A stretch of 52,926 nt of DNA, taken from positions 1 through 52,926 of IMG/VR virus record IMGVR_UViG_3300038555_000005; one strand, given 5' to 3'. The position numbers were made by a program, and so were the translations under genes. The DNA is from a virus. Taxonomy: Duplodnaviria > Caudoviricetes. Below are positions 1 to 9,635 of this stretch, piece after piece. Every line of letters begins with the position of its first letter. Position 1 is the stretch's first letter. The notes below the pieces were generated by a model. The model was not told the origin of the DNA. It did not search any database and was given only the letters and a program-made list of their open reading frames with translations.

Positions 1-38
1 GCACGACGTACGCGGCGTGGACCGTCGCATCAGAACGA

Positions 39-75
39 GAGAACGCGCCTCCCCGGAAAGGGGAGACGCGTTCTC
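39..75. terminator. Hairpin, probable intrinsic terminator (host side)
   Basis: GAGAACGCGCCTCCCC / GGGGAGACGCGTTCTC inverted repeat with one mismatch; second palindrome TCACGCCTC-G-GAGGCGTGA at 82-100. Confidence 0.6.
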
Positions 76-225
76 CGTCTGTCACGCCTCGGAGGCGTGA
101 GTCGACCTACTTCACCTGGGCCGAGATGATGCTCGTGATTACCCTCTGTTCGCAATGCAGAATCACGGGGAGAGAGTCACCATTCCAATCTCCGCTTGTA
201 CGCCCGAAATCGATATGGTCGGATC

Positions 226-786
226 ATGCCGAGCTACGAGGACATCATTGCCACTGCCCCGTGGCTGCCCCCGTCTGTCTTCTCCCTCGTCGGTGTCCTC
301 GTAGGTGCGACACTGACGTGGTTCGTTCAGCGGTCGCTCGCGAAGCGCGCACGGCGCAGCGATTTGGCGATGTCGACGCTCGAAGAGCTGACGACCGCAC
401 GAAGCCTGGTCACCCAACGACAGGCACAACACGGATCGCCGGGCTACGTTCAACCGCTGTACGCGGCCGAAGCGGCGACGGCGATCTGGGTGCGCTTCGA
501 GATGCTCGCCGCACTCGAACGTCGGGCGGACGATAGGAACGCCCTGGCGGCCAACGGCATGCTCGCTCACGAAGCGTTGATGGGCGGCTCGCAGACGGAG
601 AGCGACCTCGGGTCGCTGAGGGTAGACCTGCAGAGGCTGACCGTGTTGCTGCTCGCTTGGGAACGTGGCCGCGCACGAGGCCGCGACTTCCGGCTCTCCT
701 CAGACGAGGCATTCAAGCGGTTCGGCCCGAGGTTCACGGACGCTGATCTCCCGCCGCTGCGTGGCGAAGTCGGCGATCCGACGTAG
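226..786 (+). CDS. Hypothetical membrane-anchored protein (moron)
   Basis: ORF with N-terminal hydrophobic helix (VFSLVGVLVGATLTWFV) then a helical soluble domain; start 226 or 196. Confidence 0.65.
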   Translation: MPSYEDIIATAPWLPPSVFSLVGVLVGATLTWFVQRSLAKRARRSDLAMSTLEELTTARSLVTQRQAQHGSPGYVQPLYAAEAATAIWVRFEMLAALERRADDRNALAANGMLAHEALMGGSQTESDLGSLRVDLQRLTVLLLAWERGRARGRDFRLSSDEAFKRFGPRFTDADLPPLRGEVGDPT

Positions 787-824
787 ACTCATGTCCTCTC
801 GGCCGGAGGAAGGAAGCACCGGCT

Positions 825-1145
825 ATGGGGAACCCTGGATCGACGCTCTCCGCGTACCGGGATAAGCAGTCACAGGAACGATCGATCCTGGAGGCGGCGA
901 AGCACGGCCCGCTGCAGTCGCTCACCGATCGTGAGATGGACGTGCGCGAGCAACCGATGACGATCTACCCGCGCCCCAAGCGCGTCCGCGCGTGGGTGCG
1001 GTTCGGGCCCGAGGCGGTGCGCGTCGACGCGAAGCTCTTACGCTCCACGCCCCTTGCCGCCGGCATCGAGTTCCGCGCCGGCGAGCAGACGTTCCGCTGT
1101 TGGGTGTGGGGGAACGCGGTCAGCCTCGATGATGACCGGACCTAG
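825..1145 (+). CDS. Hypothetical protein
   Basis: 106 aa ORF with GGAGGAAGGAAG RBS; protein-like composition. Confidence 0.7.
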   Translation: MGNPGSTLSAYRDKQSQERSILEAAKHGPLQSLTDREMDVREQPMTIYPRPKRVRAWVRFGPEAVRVDAKLLRSTPLAAGIEFRAGEQTFRCWVWGNAVSLDDDRT

Positions 1146-1175
1146 GAGCGCGGGGCGGCCGGTAGGCTCGGCGTC

Positions 1176-1985
1176 ATGGCGATGGAATGGCTCTTCGGTC
1201 GGGAGCGAAAGGACGGCGATACCTGGGCGCTGAGCCCTCGCGTATTCGATATCGATGTCGTCGGCGCGGTGTACCGAGAGATGGAAGCAACGAGCGTGAG
1301 ACACCGCGACGCTCATCTTGCGAATGCCCAAAATGACGCGGAGCGGGAGTCGATTGCTGCACGCTGGGCCGCTCTAGAACCTCGTGTACTTCTCAACGCT
1401 GAGAATCCCGCAGCAGACGCGCCCCAGCAGATCCCGCTCGATGATGTTCGCGGCCTAGTTGCCTACGATCGTGGGCGGCTTCGCGTCGAAGGCGCTGGTG
1501 TTGTCGTGGGATTCGATCGACGAATCACGCCCGTGGTTTCGATGGTCACCGACGGCGTGAGCACAGTGATTGTCGACGACATTGCACGTCTTCTCCGAAG
1601 CTCCGGCCGACGACGATTTCAGCCCTACGGGCTCGCTGCGATCGCGATAGTTCTGGGGGCGTCGGTTCTGACCGCGCTTGGAGTGTGGGCGCTCCTGGAG
1701 TCCAAGCCGCATGCGTCAGTGACGCTGTTCGTGACCGCATTGCTCGCTCTGGCATGGGGCGTGGCTGCGTGGGCGGCGGCAAAGGTAGTGCGGCTTGGGC
1801 CGACTCGCACGAAGGACACTCCGCCTGCATCGGCTCTTCGACCGGTTGGACACCGATTCCGGGAAGGTAGCCTCAGCGGCGTGCGTGATCGGATCGTGAA
1901 CGTCCGAGCAACGGCCATGGTGTCTCTCGTCACTGTTCCGGTCGGCGCGGCGATCGGTGCGGCCGTGACCGCGTGGCTCAGTTAG
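1176..1985 (+). CDS. Hypothetical membrane protein (about 3 C-terminal TM helices)
   Basis: 269 aa ORF; hydrophobic segments GLAAIAIVLGASVLTALGVWALL, VTLFVTALLALAWGVAAWAA, MVSLVTVPVGAAIGAAVTAWL. Confidence 0.7.
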   Translation: MAMEWLFGRERKDGDTWALSPRVFDIDVVGAVYREMEATSVRHRDAHLANAQNDAERESIAARWAALEPRVLLNAENPAADAPQQIPLDDVRGLVAYDRGRLRVEGAGVVVGFDRRITPVVSMVTDGVSTVIVDDIARLLRSSGRRRFQPYGLAAIAIVLGASVLTALGVWALLESKPHASVTLFVTALLALAWGVAAWAAAKVVRLGPTRTKDTPPASALRPVGHRFREGSLSGVRDRIVNVRATAMVSLVTVPVGAAIGAAVTAWLS

Positions 1986-1998
1986 CCGGACGACGCCG

Positions 1999-2042
1999 AA
2001 ACAAAAAGAGAACCCCCACCCGGCCGTAGCCAGGTGGGGGTT
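1999..2042 (-). terminator. Intrinsic terminator ending the late/lysis operon (possibly bidirectional)
   Basis: AACCCCCACC...GGTGGGGGTT stem followed on the minus strand by CTCTTTTTGTTT, between convergent genes. Confidence 0.8.
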
Positions 2043-2061
2043 GTGTCGGTACTGGTCGAGG

Positions 2062-2355
2062 TCAGCTGTCAGCTCGGATCTGGAGCGTCTGGCCGTCCTC
2101 AGTGACCTTGACGCGCTTGAAGTAGTCCGGCTGCTTCGCGATGCCGAGGAGCCACCCGAACTTCGGTGACACGTAGATCTCGAACAGGCGCACGGCCAGG
2201 TAGTAGAGGCCGGCGAACAGTCCGCTCACAGCAAGAGTGAGGGCACCTTCGAATTCCGAGTCGAGGGTGACTCCGGCGGTCGTGAACCATGCCAGAACGC
2301 CACCGACGATGATCGGCGTGAACGTTCGCACAAGAGAATCGAACAGGGTCTTCAT
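2062..2355 (-). CDS. Holin
   Basis: 97 aa, two TM helices, VRTFTPIIVG and WLLG motifs typical of actinophage holins, charged C-terminus, in lysis cluster. Confidence 0.75.
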   Translation of the reverse strand: MKTLFDSLVRTFTPIIVGGVLAWFTTAGVTLDSEFEGALTLAVSGLFAGLYYLAVRLFEIYVSPKFGWLLGIAKQPDYFKRVKVTEDGQTLQIRADS

Positions 2356-2359
2356 GGGG

Positions 2360-2626
2360 TTACTCCTTGTAGTTCGGATATGGCGGGATGTCGTTGTTGT
2401 CTACGCACGGGGCTTCGATCAGAAGGCGGCGCACCTGCGAGGTGTGCTCCTCGGAGATACGCCTTTTGCGCGCTTCCTCGTCGGCGTGATCCCACGCCCG
2501 GTTCACCTCGTCGCGGCGCTTGCGACCGCGACCAGACAGGGCGTCCACGAGCCGCTTGATGAGCTCGAGGAGGATGCCGCCGGCGCCGAGGGCGATGAGA
2601 AGGGAGACGACCTGTGCACCGTCCAT
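2360..2626 (-). CDS. Small membrane protein of lysis cassette
   Basis: MDGAQVVSLLIALGAGGILLELIK...; single TM plus coiled-coil tail; true start is internal to the listed ORF. Confidence 0.65.
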   Translation of the reverse strand: MDGAQVVSLLIALGAGGILLELIKRLVDALSGRGRKRRDEVNRAWDHADEEARKRRISEEHTSQVRRLLIEAPCVDNNDIPPYPNYKE

Positions 2627-2628
2627 CG

Positions 2629-3075
2629 TCACCCCCGAGTGCGTGGTTCGTAGCTGTACTCCTTGATGAAGAAGAACCTCAGAATGAACGGGGACGCAGC
2701 GAGCAGGATGATGCCGATCTGTGTGGCCCTCGACCCTCCCGTCTCGATCGCCTGCCAGTGCAGCACGGTGACCACAGACAGATAGATCGCGAGACCGATC
2801 ATGATCGGCGCGATCCCGAGCAGTCGTTCGACCCACCACCATCCAGGGAGGACAGTGACGACTCCGACGAAACCCCCCAGGATGAACAGGCCAGCCCATA
2901 CGTTGGTGAGCACTGGCCCCACTTCCCCCGCGATCGTCTGCGGAGGGTTCAACAGGGTGACCACCCCGATGAGCGATGAAAGTGCATAGATCACCGAGTA
3001 GATGACCTTCACGTGCCGTGGTCGTGTCACGCGATCCCACGCCTTTCGCAGTCCGCGGATCGCCCTCCAGGTCAT
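2629..3075 (-). CDS. 4-TM membrane protein (holin-like) of lysis cassette
   Basis: MTWRAIRGLRK... with four hydrophobic segments; ATGA overlap with the endolysin stop. Confidence 0.7.
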   Translation of the reverse strand: MTWRAIRGLRKAWDRVTRPRHVKVIYSVIYALSSLIGVVTLLNPPQTIAGEVGPVLTNVWAGLFILGGFVGVVTVLPGWWWVERLLGIAPIMIGLAIYLSVVTVLHWQAIETGGSRATQIGIILLAASPFILRFFFIKEYSYEPRTRG

Positions 3076-3926
3076 CGCGCGAGTCGCTTGCTGAGCTCGT
3101 CGGCGACCTCGGACGCCGTCGCACCTGTCCCGCCACCACCGGGCACGCCACCCTTGCGGAGCGCGGCCAGGATGTCGTGTTGCAGCGACCAGATCGTGCC
3201 GTTGCCGAGGTTGCCGTCGAGGTCGTAGCCTCGGCCCTCGCGGACCATCTCGACCTTCTCCCACGGGATGCCGTAGGAGCGGCAGATCGCGTCGGGCTTG
3301 TTCACTCCGCCGGGCTGTGCGTTCGCGTCGACGGGGTCCGGCTGGCCGATCACCGCGCGGGTGATGGACGCGGCCGCACCTTCGGTCTCGGCCTTGATGT
3401 ATCCGGGGGCGATCGAGTAGATCGTCGCCCCGATCTGAATCTGACGCATATCGTCCTCCTGGATCGTGCGACGGGTGGTCTGCGGGTTGACGGGCGGGAT
3501 GGTGGCGGCACCGGCCGGGACGACCCAGCCGTCGTTGAAGTCCCCGATGTGCCAGAGCTCCTGCGGCTTGACGAAGTCGACGGTGAAGCCCGCGAGGCGG
3601 CAAAGCGCCGCGAAGCGCGCCCAACCGAGCAACGCCCAGTTGGCGACATCGACGGCGAACACGACGCGCCCGTTGACGATGCCCCCGTGTGTGGAGAATC
3701 CCGGGAGCGCGGCCATGATGCCGAGTTCGCGACGGTAGATGACCTGAATGTCGAAAGGTCGGTATCCGTTCCACCCGGCGGTGATGACCAGCCAGATCCC
3801 GTACTTCTCCCAGCAGAGCCGCTGCAACCACCGCCATCTCGCGGCCGTCCCCGGAGGCAGGTAATGATCGCCGCCGAGGTGCACGAGCTGGTCGAGAGCG
3901 ATCCGACCGTTCGCGTGGTTGGTCAT
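3072..3926 (-). CDS. Endolysin with N-terminal M15-type zinc peptidase domain
   Basis: GYR..IQ, PGFSTHG...AVD and ELWH motifs of VanY/M15 peptidases; upstream of holin-like genes; alternative start 3950. Confidence 0.8.
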   Translation of the reverse strand: MTNHANGRIALDQLVHLGGDHYLPPGTAARWRWLQRLCWEKYGIWLVITAGWNGYRPFDIQVIYRRELGIMAALPGFSTHGGIVNGRVVFAVDVANWALLGWARFAALCRLAGFTVDFVKPQELWHIGDFNDGWVVPAGAATIPPVNPQTTRRTIQEDDMRQIQIGATIYSIAPGYIKAETEGAAASITRAVIGQPDPVDANAQPGGVNKPDAICRSYGIPWEKVEMVREGRGYDLDGNLGNGTIWSLQHDILAALRKGGVPGGGGTGATASEVADELSKRLAR

Positions 3927-3984
3927 GGTGCGGCCCACCTCGTTACCCAATGCATCGGCGCGCCGGCCGTGCGCGCACCAGAGG

Positions 3985-4167
3985 TCATGAAGATCCCCCG
4001 GCGAGTGCGGCTTCTAGCTCGACGATCTGCGAGTCGAGTACGACTATCGAGGCGTCTTGGGAGGCCAGGTCAATCGCCATCTCGTGGCGGCGTTGAGCAG
4101 CCTGAGCGCGGGCCGCAACCGTGTTGGCAAGAACGGTCTCGAGGGCGTTTCGTGCTGTTTCGTTCAT
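3985..4167 (-). CDS. Small hypothetical coiled-coil protein
   Basis: MNETARNALETVLAN..., AGGAGA RBS. Confidence 0.6.
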   Translation of the reverse strand: MNETARNALETVLANTVAARAQAAQRRHEMAIDLASQDASIVVLDSQIVELEAALAGGSS

Positions 4168-4180
4168 CTTCGGTTCTCTC

Positions 4181-6124
4181 CTATGTGAGGGGGTACTGGA
4201 CGACCGTGGATGCCCAGGCACGTGGGGCTCCTGTGGCGTTCTGCAGACCGATCTGGCCCGCGTTGGGGTGCCCGACCGGGTAGATGCTCAGCCACCCCGT
4301 GAAGTCGTTCGTCAACGCGACCGGTACGCGGACGATGCCGAGCCCCGCGTCCGGACGCATCGCGGCGGGAAGAGCGGATGTGATGAAGCTCAGCCCGGTC
4401 GGGATGGACGCCCCGACGGACACCCGCAGCCACGCCGTCTTGCCGACGACCTTCACCGCAGTGGTGATGCCGTCGAGCGCCGTCGCGTATGCGGCCGACA
4501 TGGTGAGGTTCGTCCATGTGCCATCGAGAGCCGCGAGCTTCTTCGGTGTGACGAAGGTGGCGTCGTCCGTGCCAGTGTTCACCTGTGCTTGGGTGGCGAT
4601 CGCCGCCAGCCCTGTCCGTGTCTCTGTCGCCACACGCGCGGCGAGAGAGGCCGGCGTGACCGCGCGGGTGCGGATCAGGCCAAGCGCCGTCTCCGCATCG
4701 GTCGCCCCGGCGAGTAGCTGGAGGCCTTCGGCGTAGACGGTGCCAAGGACGTCGAGCCCGCCGCGCTCCCAGTACTTGCCGATGCCGACGCCCTGCGCCG
4801 CCCAGTGCATGTACACCTCGGATGTGGCGACGTCGGCGAGCGCGATCGCGGTGACGAACTTGTCTGCGACCTCGACGCGCACCTCGAAGGATGCGTTGAC
4901 GGGGTAGTTCGCGCCACCGGAGATCACGAAGGAGCTGCCGTAGGTGAGCGACCCGTGGTTGATGACGTTGCGTGCTGTCCACGCCGTCCCGCCACGAGGA
5001 CGGGTGAATGCACGGATCGTCATCGTGTTGCGTTGGGTGCCGTTGATGAGTGACTGCACCGCGGCGGCCAGGTCGACGCGCAGGCTGGTGCCGTTCTCAT
5101 CGAGCACGCCCGCTGCGGTGCAGCGCTTCACGGTCGCCGTGGTCACCAGGGGTGGCGCGTAGGCGAGGACGTTGATGTTCGCAGAGAACACACCCTTGCG
5201 GCCGCGCGAGTCGGTCGCCTCAGCGGTGACCTGTCGTGCACCCGCTGCGTTCAGTGCGATTGAGCCGCCGCTCGGAGAGGTCATGCCGTCGACGGAAAAC
5301 GAGCGCTGCGTGATCGTCGAACCATGCACGCCCTGAGCGTTCACGGTCGCGCGGATCGACGACAGCCCCTGCACGTACGCACCGACAACGCTCGAAACGG
5401 TGGCATTGTCGTCGGCCGCGGTGATGTTCGGGATCGTCGGAACAACTTCTGCGCCCGCGTGCAATGTGAACGCGGTGTCCCTGGTTCCGATGACGGTTGA
5501 GCCGTTTTTCGTCACCACGCGGATGAACCCGCTGCCGGAGGTGCCGTTCGGGATCTGTTCGAGCATCGACAGGGGCGGCGTCCATGAGACCGACGCGCCG
5601 ACAGCCGCGCCGATGGTGCCCGTGGCGGAGCCGAACTGCCAGGTGATGTCGTGCGTCCACGTATCGACTGCGCGGTTCGTCTGGACGGTAACGGCGGCTC
5701 CAGCGGTGAGGCTGGAGCCGCCTGTGAACGTCGCGACAGATGCGCGGGCGATCGATGGCAGTGCCATCACTGCATCGCCTTGCGTGTTCCCCAGGATCAA
5801 GTACCTGCCGACGACCGCCAAACCGATGCTCTTCGAGCCGTCTGCGTCGTGATCGATCTCGTAGTATCCCTGGCCGAGCAGCCACGGTCCCGCCCCGGTG
5901 AAGTCGAACTTCAGCCCAGTGGCACCGCCGCGCTTCGTACCGCCCGCCCAAAACTCCCATTCCGACGACGCGTCGTTGGAGAAGGACGGGGAGGTGCCGA
6001 GCTTGTCCACCCAAACCTGAAAGATCAGACCGGACTTGTTCGTGACCGTGTTCTGTGAATCGACCCACGTCTCCGCACGGAGCCGGAATGGCCGATTCGG
6101 GAAGCTGCTGCTGACGTTAGCCAA
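4181..6124 (-). CDS. Minor tail / receptor-binding protein (DUF859-like N-terminus, tail-fibre repeats)
   Basis: 647 aa beta-rich Thr/Gly/Ser protein; ATETRTGLAAIATQAQVNTGTDDATFVTPKKL fibre repeat; last tail gene. Confidence 0.8.
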   Translation of the reverse strand: MANVSSSFPNRPFRLRAETWVDSQNTVTNKSGLIFQVWVDKLGTSPSFSNDASSEWEFWAGGTKRGGATGLKFDFTGAGPWLLGQGYYEIDHDADGSKSIGLAVVGRYLILGNTQGDAVMALPSIARASVATFTGGSSLTAGAAVTVQTNRAVDTWTHDITWQFGSATGTIGAAVGASVSWTPPLSMLEQIPNGTSGSGFIRVVTKNGSTVIGTRDTAFTLHAGAEVVPTIPNITAADDNATVSSVVGAYVQGLSSIRATVNAQGVHGSTITQRSFSVDGMTSPSGGSIALNAAGARQVTAEATDSRGRKGVFSANINVLAYAPPLVTTATVKRCTAAGVLDENGTSLRVDLAAAVQSLINGTQRNTMTIRAFTRPRGGTAWTARNVINHGSLTYGSSFVISGGANYPVNASFEVRVEVADKFVTAIALADVATSEVYMHWAAQGVGIGKYWERGGLDVLGTVYAEGLQLLAGATDAETALGLIRTRAVTPASLAARVATETRTGLAAIATQAQVNTGTDDATFVTPKKLAALDGTWTNLTMSAAYATALDGITTAVKVVGKTAWLRVSVGASIPTGLSFITSALPAAMRPDAGLGIVRVPVALTNDFTGWLSIYPVGHPNAGQIGLQNATGAPRAWASTVVQYPLT

Positions 6125-8798
6125 GTCGCCTCACCACCGTTCCAGTTCCGAATTGCTCGAGCTTGTGATTGGAGAGGACGACGGTTAGGCCGACGAACTC
6201 CGGCGCGACGAGACGATTCGCTTCAAGCCACGCGCGCGGAACACCGTCTTGAGTGATCTCGAAACGATCAGGCTTGATGTGCGACTGGAACGCGGAATCA
6301 GACCGCCCCATGTGGCCACCCTCGGCGTCCACGCGGAACCATGTCTGGATCATCGCGACCTCACCCGCTGTAGCGGCGTGCTGGCCTTGCAGTGTGCCGA
6401 CCTGGCCCTGCACGGTGCTGACGCCTGCGTTCGCGGTCGCCGCATCCTGCGCGGCCTGTTGCGCCGTCTGCCCCGCGAGGCTCGCCGCATCCTGCGCCGC
6501 GGTGATCTGGGAGCCCTGCGCGCTCTGCGTGTTGATGATCGTCTGCACATACCCGTTCGACGCAAGCTCAAGGCCCGCGGCGAAGTTCGGTTCCACCCGA
6601 TCAACGGAGAGAGTGCCTGCCCGGATCACGTTGCCTTCGAGCGAGTTCACTTCCACGTCGGGGCCGCTGATACCGGCCACGACGATCGAGGCGAGCTCGG
6701 ACGGATCGCCGATGCGGCCGAGTGTGTCGACGGCGCGCAGCCGGACCCAAACCTGTGTGCCTTTCGGAGCTCGCAGCAGGAATCCGCCAGCCTCGCGAGT
6801 AATCGGCGGTCCCTTGCGTTCCCACACAGCCGAGCCTGTCGGTGTCGTCTCCGACTCAACAGACTCGACGATCACATGCTGGAACCCCGCACCAGGTGCC
6901 CCGGTAGTCAGCGTTCCCGACCACGCGCCGATGACGTTTCCTCCACCCGTGGTCAGCATCGCTGCTGTGGGAATCATCGTCGGCGCTGCAGGCGTCGCTG
7001 GTGTCACCAGGAGCTCGTCCGAGAAGTCCGACCACACGCCCAAGTCCGATTGAGCACGCACTCGCAGATGTCGCACAGCACCGGAATCCCATTGCTGCGA
7101 CGCACCCGGCGTGCCCGTGACGAGCAACGTGACACCAGGATCAGCGTCGGTACCCTCCCACACCTCGTAGGCGACGATCGACACCAGCACGTCTTCGATG
7201 GACTGGGTGACTGCAACCCATGTGAACGCGACCGTCGCGATCGCTGACCCATCAGCCCGGAATGCCGCAACGTTGGACGTCACGGCTAGTCCCGTGGGGG
7301 ACTTTGGGACGATGGACGCTGGAGAACCGGGGGTGACGGAGATCTCGTCGGAGAACTCCGACCAGGCACCGCCTCGGGACTGGGCGCGTACCTTCACCCG
7401 GCGGGTCTTTCCCGGCTCCCACAGGTCTGTGGTCGTGGTGAGTGCGTCCGTCTGAACGAAAGCACTCGACTGATCGGCCTCTGAGCGTGCCCACACCTCG
7501 TAGATCGAGACGTCCGCAAGAGTCCCATCCGTGGACTGGGCAACAGCATTCCATCCGAGCGTGACTACGGACGCTGCCGAGCCGTCTTCGCGCCAGTACG
7601 GCGCATCCGACGCATGAAGACCGGTCGGGGCACTAGGACGAGCGCCCTCCGGTGCCGGCGTGGCAGGAAACGCATCCCCACTACCGGAGATGATCTGCCC
7701 CATCGATGCTGCTGCCGTGCGCTGAGCGATCTTCGCGCTCAAGGAGAGGAGTTTGTCGCCGACGACCGCAGTGGCCGTGACCTTGCCCTTGTCATCTTTC
7801 GAGATGTCGAGCTTGATCACTCGGAGGGACAGCTTCGCGCTCCGCGAGCGAACAGTCACGGTGTCACCGACGTTGAAATCCGACCAAGGCACGGGCAGGC
7901 CCGGACGTGGCGACCAGGAGTACGACTGTTCGCGCTTCTTCGCCCGGCCCGCGATCATCGCGGGCTGTGCGTTGCGGGTCGCTTCGGCAACAGTTTCCAC
8001 GCCTGACTGCGTCATCGTGGACCACAGGCGGCCGAACCGCATGTCCGCGCCCTCGTTGACCAGCCAAGCCCATTCGCCTGGAGAGTCGATCCGGATGGTG
8101 AGGTTAGTGAATACGTCATCGAACGTGGTCTTCGACGGCGCGCGATCGTAGCCGGGCCCGCCGAGCACGACACTCTCCGATAGGTCTGCGCCCGTTCCCG
8201 CGACGACTGCGCGGAGCTCTCCACCCTGCGTCCACCACTCGACGAACCCGGTCTGCGCCATGCCCTGCAGCACCCGAGTCATCGGGGTCAGCAGCTGATA
8301 GGCCCAGTCCTTCGCTTCCGGCCAAGCCTGCCCGTTCGAATCATGCGTGGACGTGAATGTGCTGGTGACCTGCGGTCCCCAGCCGTTGTTCTTCGCTTCG
8401 CTGATGAGAACGTTCAGGACATGGCCGGGAGACTTCGCTACCCACCGCCGCTGACCTTCAATCGTCTCGAACGACGACTGCACGTGCATGCGCGCCATGA
8501 GCCACGGGACGAACAGCTCACCCGTGAACGAGAAGATCTTCGCCGCGTCAGCATCATCGGCGTCGTCTTCCGCCGCGATGAACAGATCGTTTCGGGGAGC
8601 GACCCACTCGGCCCCGTCGACCGTGTACTGCACCTGTACCAGGAACGGAGACTCCGGCACCTCACCCGCCGCGATCTGGAACCGCAGAGCGGCGGTCCCA
8701 GACTCCGGGCCGGTCCAAGAGAGCGTCTTCGTTGGCAGGACGCGGCCGAGAACAAGGGCGTCGGACATCAGGCGGATACGCACGTCGAACACGGGCAT
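6117..8798 (-). CDS. Minor tail protein with fibronectin type III repeats (central fibre / Tal-like)
   Basis: 893 aa; repeated PTGL...W...YEVW...VRAQS..G.WS.FSDE FN3 units; coiled coil near the C-terminus. Confidence 0.82.
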   Translation of the reverse strand: MPVFDVRIRLMSDALVLGRVLPTKTLSWTGPESGTAALRFQIAAGEVPESPFLVQVQYTVDGAEWVAPRNDLFIAAEDDADDADAAKIFSFTGELFVPWLMARMHVQSSFETIEGQRRWVAKSPGHVLNVLISEAKNNGWGPQVTSTFTSTHDSNGQAWPEAKDWAYQLLTPMTRVLQGMAQTGFVEWWTQGGELRAVVAGTGADLSESVVLGGPGYDRAPSKTTFDDVFTNLTIRIDSPGEWAWLVNEGADMRFGRLWSTMTQSGVETVAEATRNAQPAMIAGRAKKREQSYSWSPRPGLPVPWSDFNVGDTVTVRSRSAKLSLRVIKLDISKDDKGKVTATAVVGDKLLSLSAKIAQRTAAASMGQIISGSGDAFPATPAPEGARPSAPTGLHASDAPYWREDGSAASVVTLGWNAVAQSTDGTLADVSIYEVWARSEADQSSAFVQTDALTTTTDLWEPGKTRRVKVRAQSRGGAWSEFSDEISVTPGSPASIVPKSPTGLAVTSNVAAFRADGSAIATVAFTWVAVTQSIEDVLVSIVAYEVWEGTDADPGVTLLVTGTPGASQQWDSGAVRHLRVRAQSDLGVWSDFSDELLVTPATPAAPTMIPTAAMLTTGGGNVIGAWSGTLTTGAPGAGFQHVIVESVESETTPTGSAVWERKGPPITREAGGFLLRAPKGTQVWVRLRAVDTLGRIGDPSELASIVVAGISGPDVEVNSLEGNVIRAGTLSVDRVEPNFAAGLELASNGYVQTIINTQSAQGSQITAAQDAASLAGQTAQQAAQDAATANAGVSTVQGQVGTLQGQHAATAGEVAMIQTWFRVDAEGGHMGRSDSAFQSHIKPDRFEITQDGVPRAWLEANRLVAPEFVGLTVVLSNHKLEQFGTGTVVRRLG

Positions 8799-8846
8799 TC
8801 CTCACTTTCGGATAGGGCGGGCACTGCCCGCGGAACGAAAGACGGG

Positions 8847-9635
8847 TCAGAGAAGTCGGCGCGCGCGTCCTCGAATTTCGATGGCGCCGCCCAAGCGTGT
8901 TCCGGTGGACACCGTCACCCTTGCTCCCCAGGTCGACGGATCGCCGACCGCCATGCGCGGCGTAATCTCAAATCGACCTCGGGGGCCACCGAAGTCGCAC
9001 AGCCCGGAGCGCTCGACTCCGCCCTCCCAAACGTCGTCAGTAGAGACGAAGCACCGCCCACTGGCGGAGTCGAACCGAACCCACTCGGACGGCGATACAT
9101 CGGGGAGACGCAACCAAGCCCCTGAGGAATCACTGACCTGGATGCCTGTGGCGCCCTTCACTCGAACGATTGCGTCCTGGACAGCTGCCGTCATCCCCGG
9201 GAACACCGGCATGACCACAGAAGCCGATGCGAGCGGCGCAGAGAAAGTGAGAATCTCCTTGGTCTGCCATGCTCCCTCCAGCACCCGCACGACAACAGAA
9301 ACGTCGACGAGTTGCTCCGAGTTTCCGTAGCCCTCGACCGAGGATGACAGGAACCGAAAGGGTGCCTGCATCCCCGGCTCGAGCGGGGACTCGATCGTGC
9401 CTCCCGAGGCGAACAGCGCGACGATGGCCTCTCGTTGAGACCGTGCTGCCTGCACTACAAGAAGCATCGTGTTCGAGCCGCGGTCGCCGGGCGATCCGGC
9501 AGATACTCCGTCTCTGCCGGCTTCGGAAGATCCAGTGAACGAGACCTCAAAGCCGCTGAGCGGCTTCGATTTCCCCCGAAACGACCACCCCAGCGCAGGG
9601 TTATCGAGCGGTACGCCGTTCACTACGTAGCTCAT
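8847..9635 (-). CDS. Minor tail protein (distal-tail-like)
   Basis: 262 aa immediately after tape measure, with overlapping stop/start. Confidence 0.7.
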   Translation of the reverse strand: MSYVVNGVPLDNPALGWSFRGKSKPLSGFEVSFTGSSEAGRDGVSAGSPGDRGSNTMLLVVQAARSQREAIVALFASGGTIESPLEPGMQAPFRFLSSSVEGYGNSEQLVDVSVVVRVLEGAWQTKEILTFSAPLASASVVMPVFPGMTAAVQDAIVRVKGATGIQVSDSSGAWLRLPDVSPSEWVRFDSASGRCFVSTDDVWEGGVERSGLCDFGGPRGRFEITPRMAVGDPSTWGARVTVSTGTRLGGAIEIRGRARRLL

